In this document: piece by piece, positions 63,911 through 64,000 of the stretch
How positions within the stretch are numbered: position 1 is the stretch's first letter
Layout of the letters: each line of letters begins with the position of its first letter
NCBI GenBank assembly: GCA_050298555.1
Contig: JBNKUL010000057.1
Coordinates: 4,229 to 68,228, forward strand
Direction: 5' to 3'
From: Thiohalomonadaceae bacterium
GTDB taxonomy: Bacteria > Pseudomonadota > Gammaproteobacteria > Thiohalomonadales > Thiohalomonadaceae
DNA: 64,000 bases
The notes under the pieces: generated by a model
What the model was told of the DNA's origin: nothing
Seen by the model: the letters and a program-made list of their open reading frames with translations, nothing else
Database searches by the model: none
Position numbers and translations under genes: made by a program

Positions 63911-64000
63911 GATCCCGTCCCCCTCACCGCCAGACGCCCCTCGACCCGATTATCGCGGCTGCTGGCGTTGCGGATATCGACCTCCAGCCCCTTCTCCTGC
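63907..64000 (-). CDS. gspL: Type II secretion system protein L, C-terminal fragment (gene continues beyond the window end)
   Basis: My own minus-strand translation ...QEKGLEVDIRNASSRDNRVEGRLAVRGTGS* is open to the window edge. Its stop overlaps the gspM ATG (ATGA). Assignment is by synteny only. Confidence 0.4.
   Translation of the reverse strand, partial: QEKGLEVDIRNASSRDNRVEGRLAVRGTGS

Overview
This is a 64-kb chromosomal segment of a high-GC gammaproteobacterium with Pseudomonas-like gene order. Roughly three quarters is conserved housekeeping. It includes a sodium:alanine symporter, an FKBP isomerase and nadC, followed by pilB-pilC-pilD-coaE-zapD-yacG. It also includes argJ, secA and a complete, tightly overlapping dcw cluster on the minus strand (mraZ-rsmH-ftsL-ftsI-murE-murF-mraY-murD-ftsW-murG-murC-murB-ddl-ftsQ-ftsA-ftsZ-lpxC). 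The remaining core genes are RNase P RNA (rnpB), rsmI, lpoA-yraN-diaA, sspA-sspB, cytochrome bc1 (petABC), a Nif3-family gene, a DegS/AlgW-type protease, hisC and the tail of a type II secretion operon (gspL'-gspM-gspN). The part worth attention is a ~12.9-kb block (3.55-16.4 kb) between nadC and pilB, the slot where Pseudomonas-type genomes carry the major pilin gene. No pilin gene is present there. Instead there are two divergent operons around an AT-rich 350-bp spacer. (i) The minus-strand operon encodes a 1677-aa multi-domain lipoprotein, a small secreted protein and a gluzincin-type lipoprotein protease. (ii) The plus-strand operon is a tightly packed four-gene set: a CHASE2 receptor nucleotide cyclase, a periplasmic SH3b protein, a periplasmic M48 zinc protease and a FadL-like outer-membrane barrel. 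I read the second operon as a candidate uncharacterised trans-envelope sensory module. A second, small anomaly lies at 55.0-55.6 kb, where a low-GC orphan gene is bounded by a REP-like inverted repeat next to a stand-alone macro-domain gene. No tRNA, rRNA, CRISPR array, transposase or integrase was recognised. All calls rest on reading the sequence and translations by eye; no database search was run.
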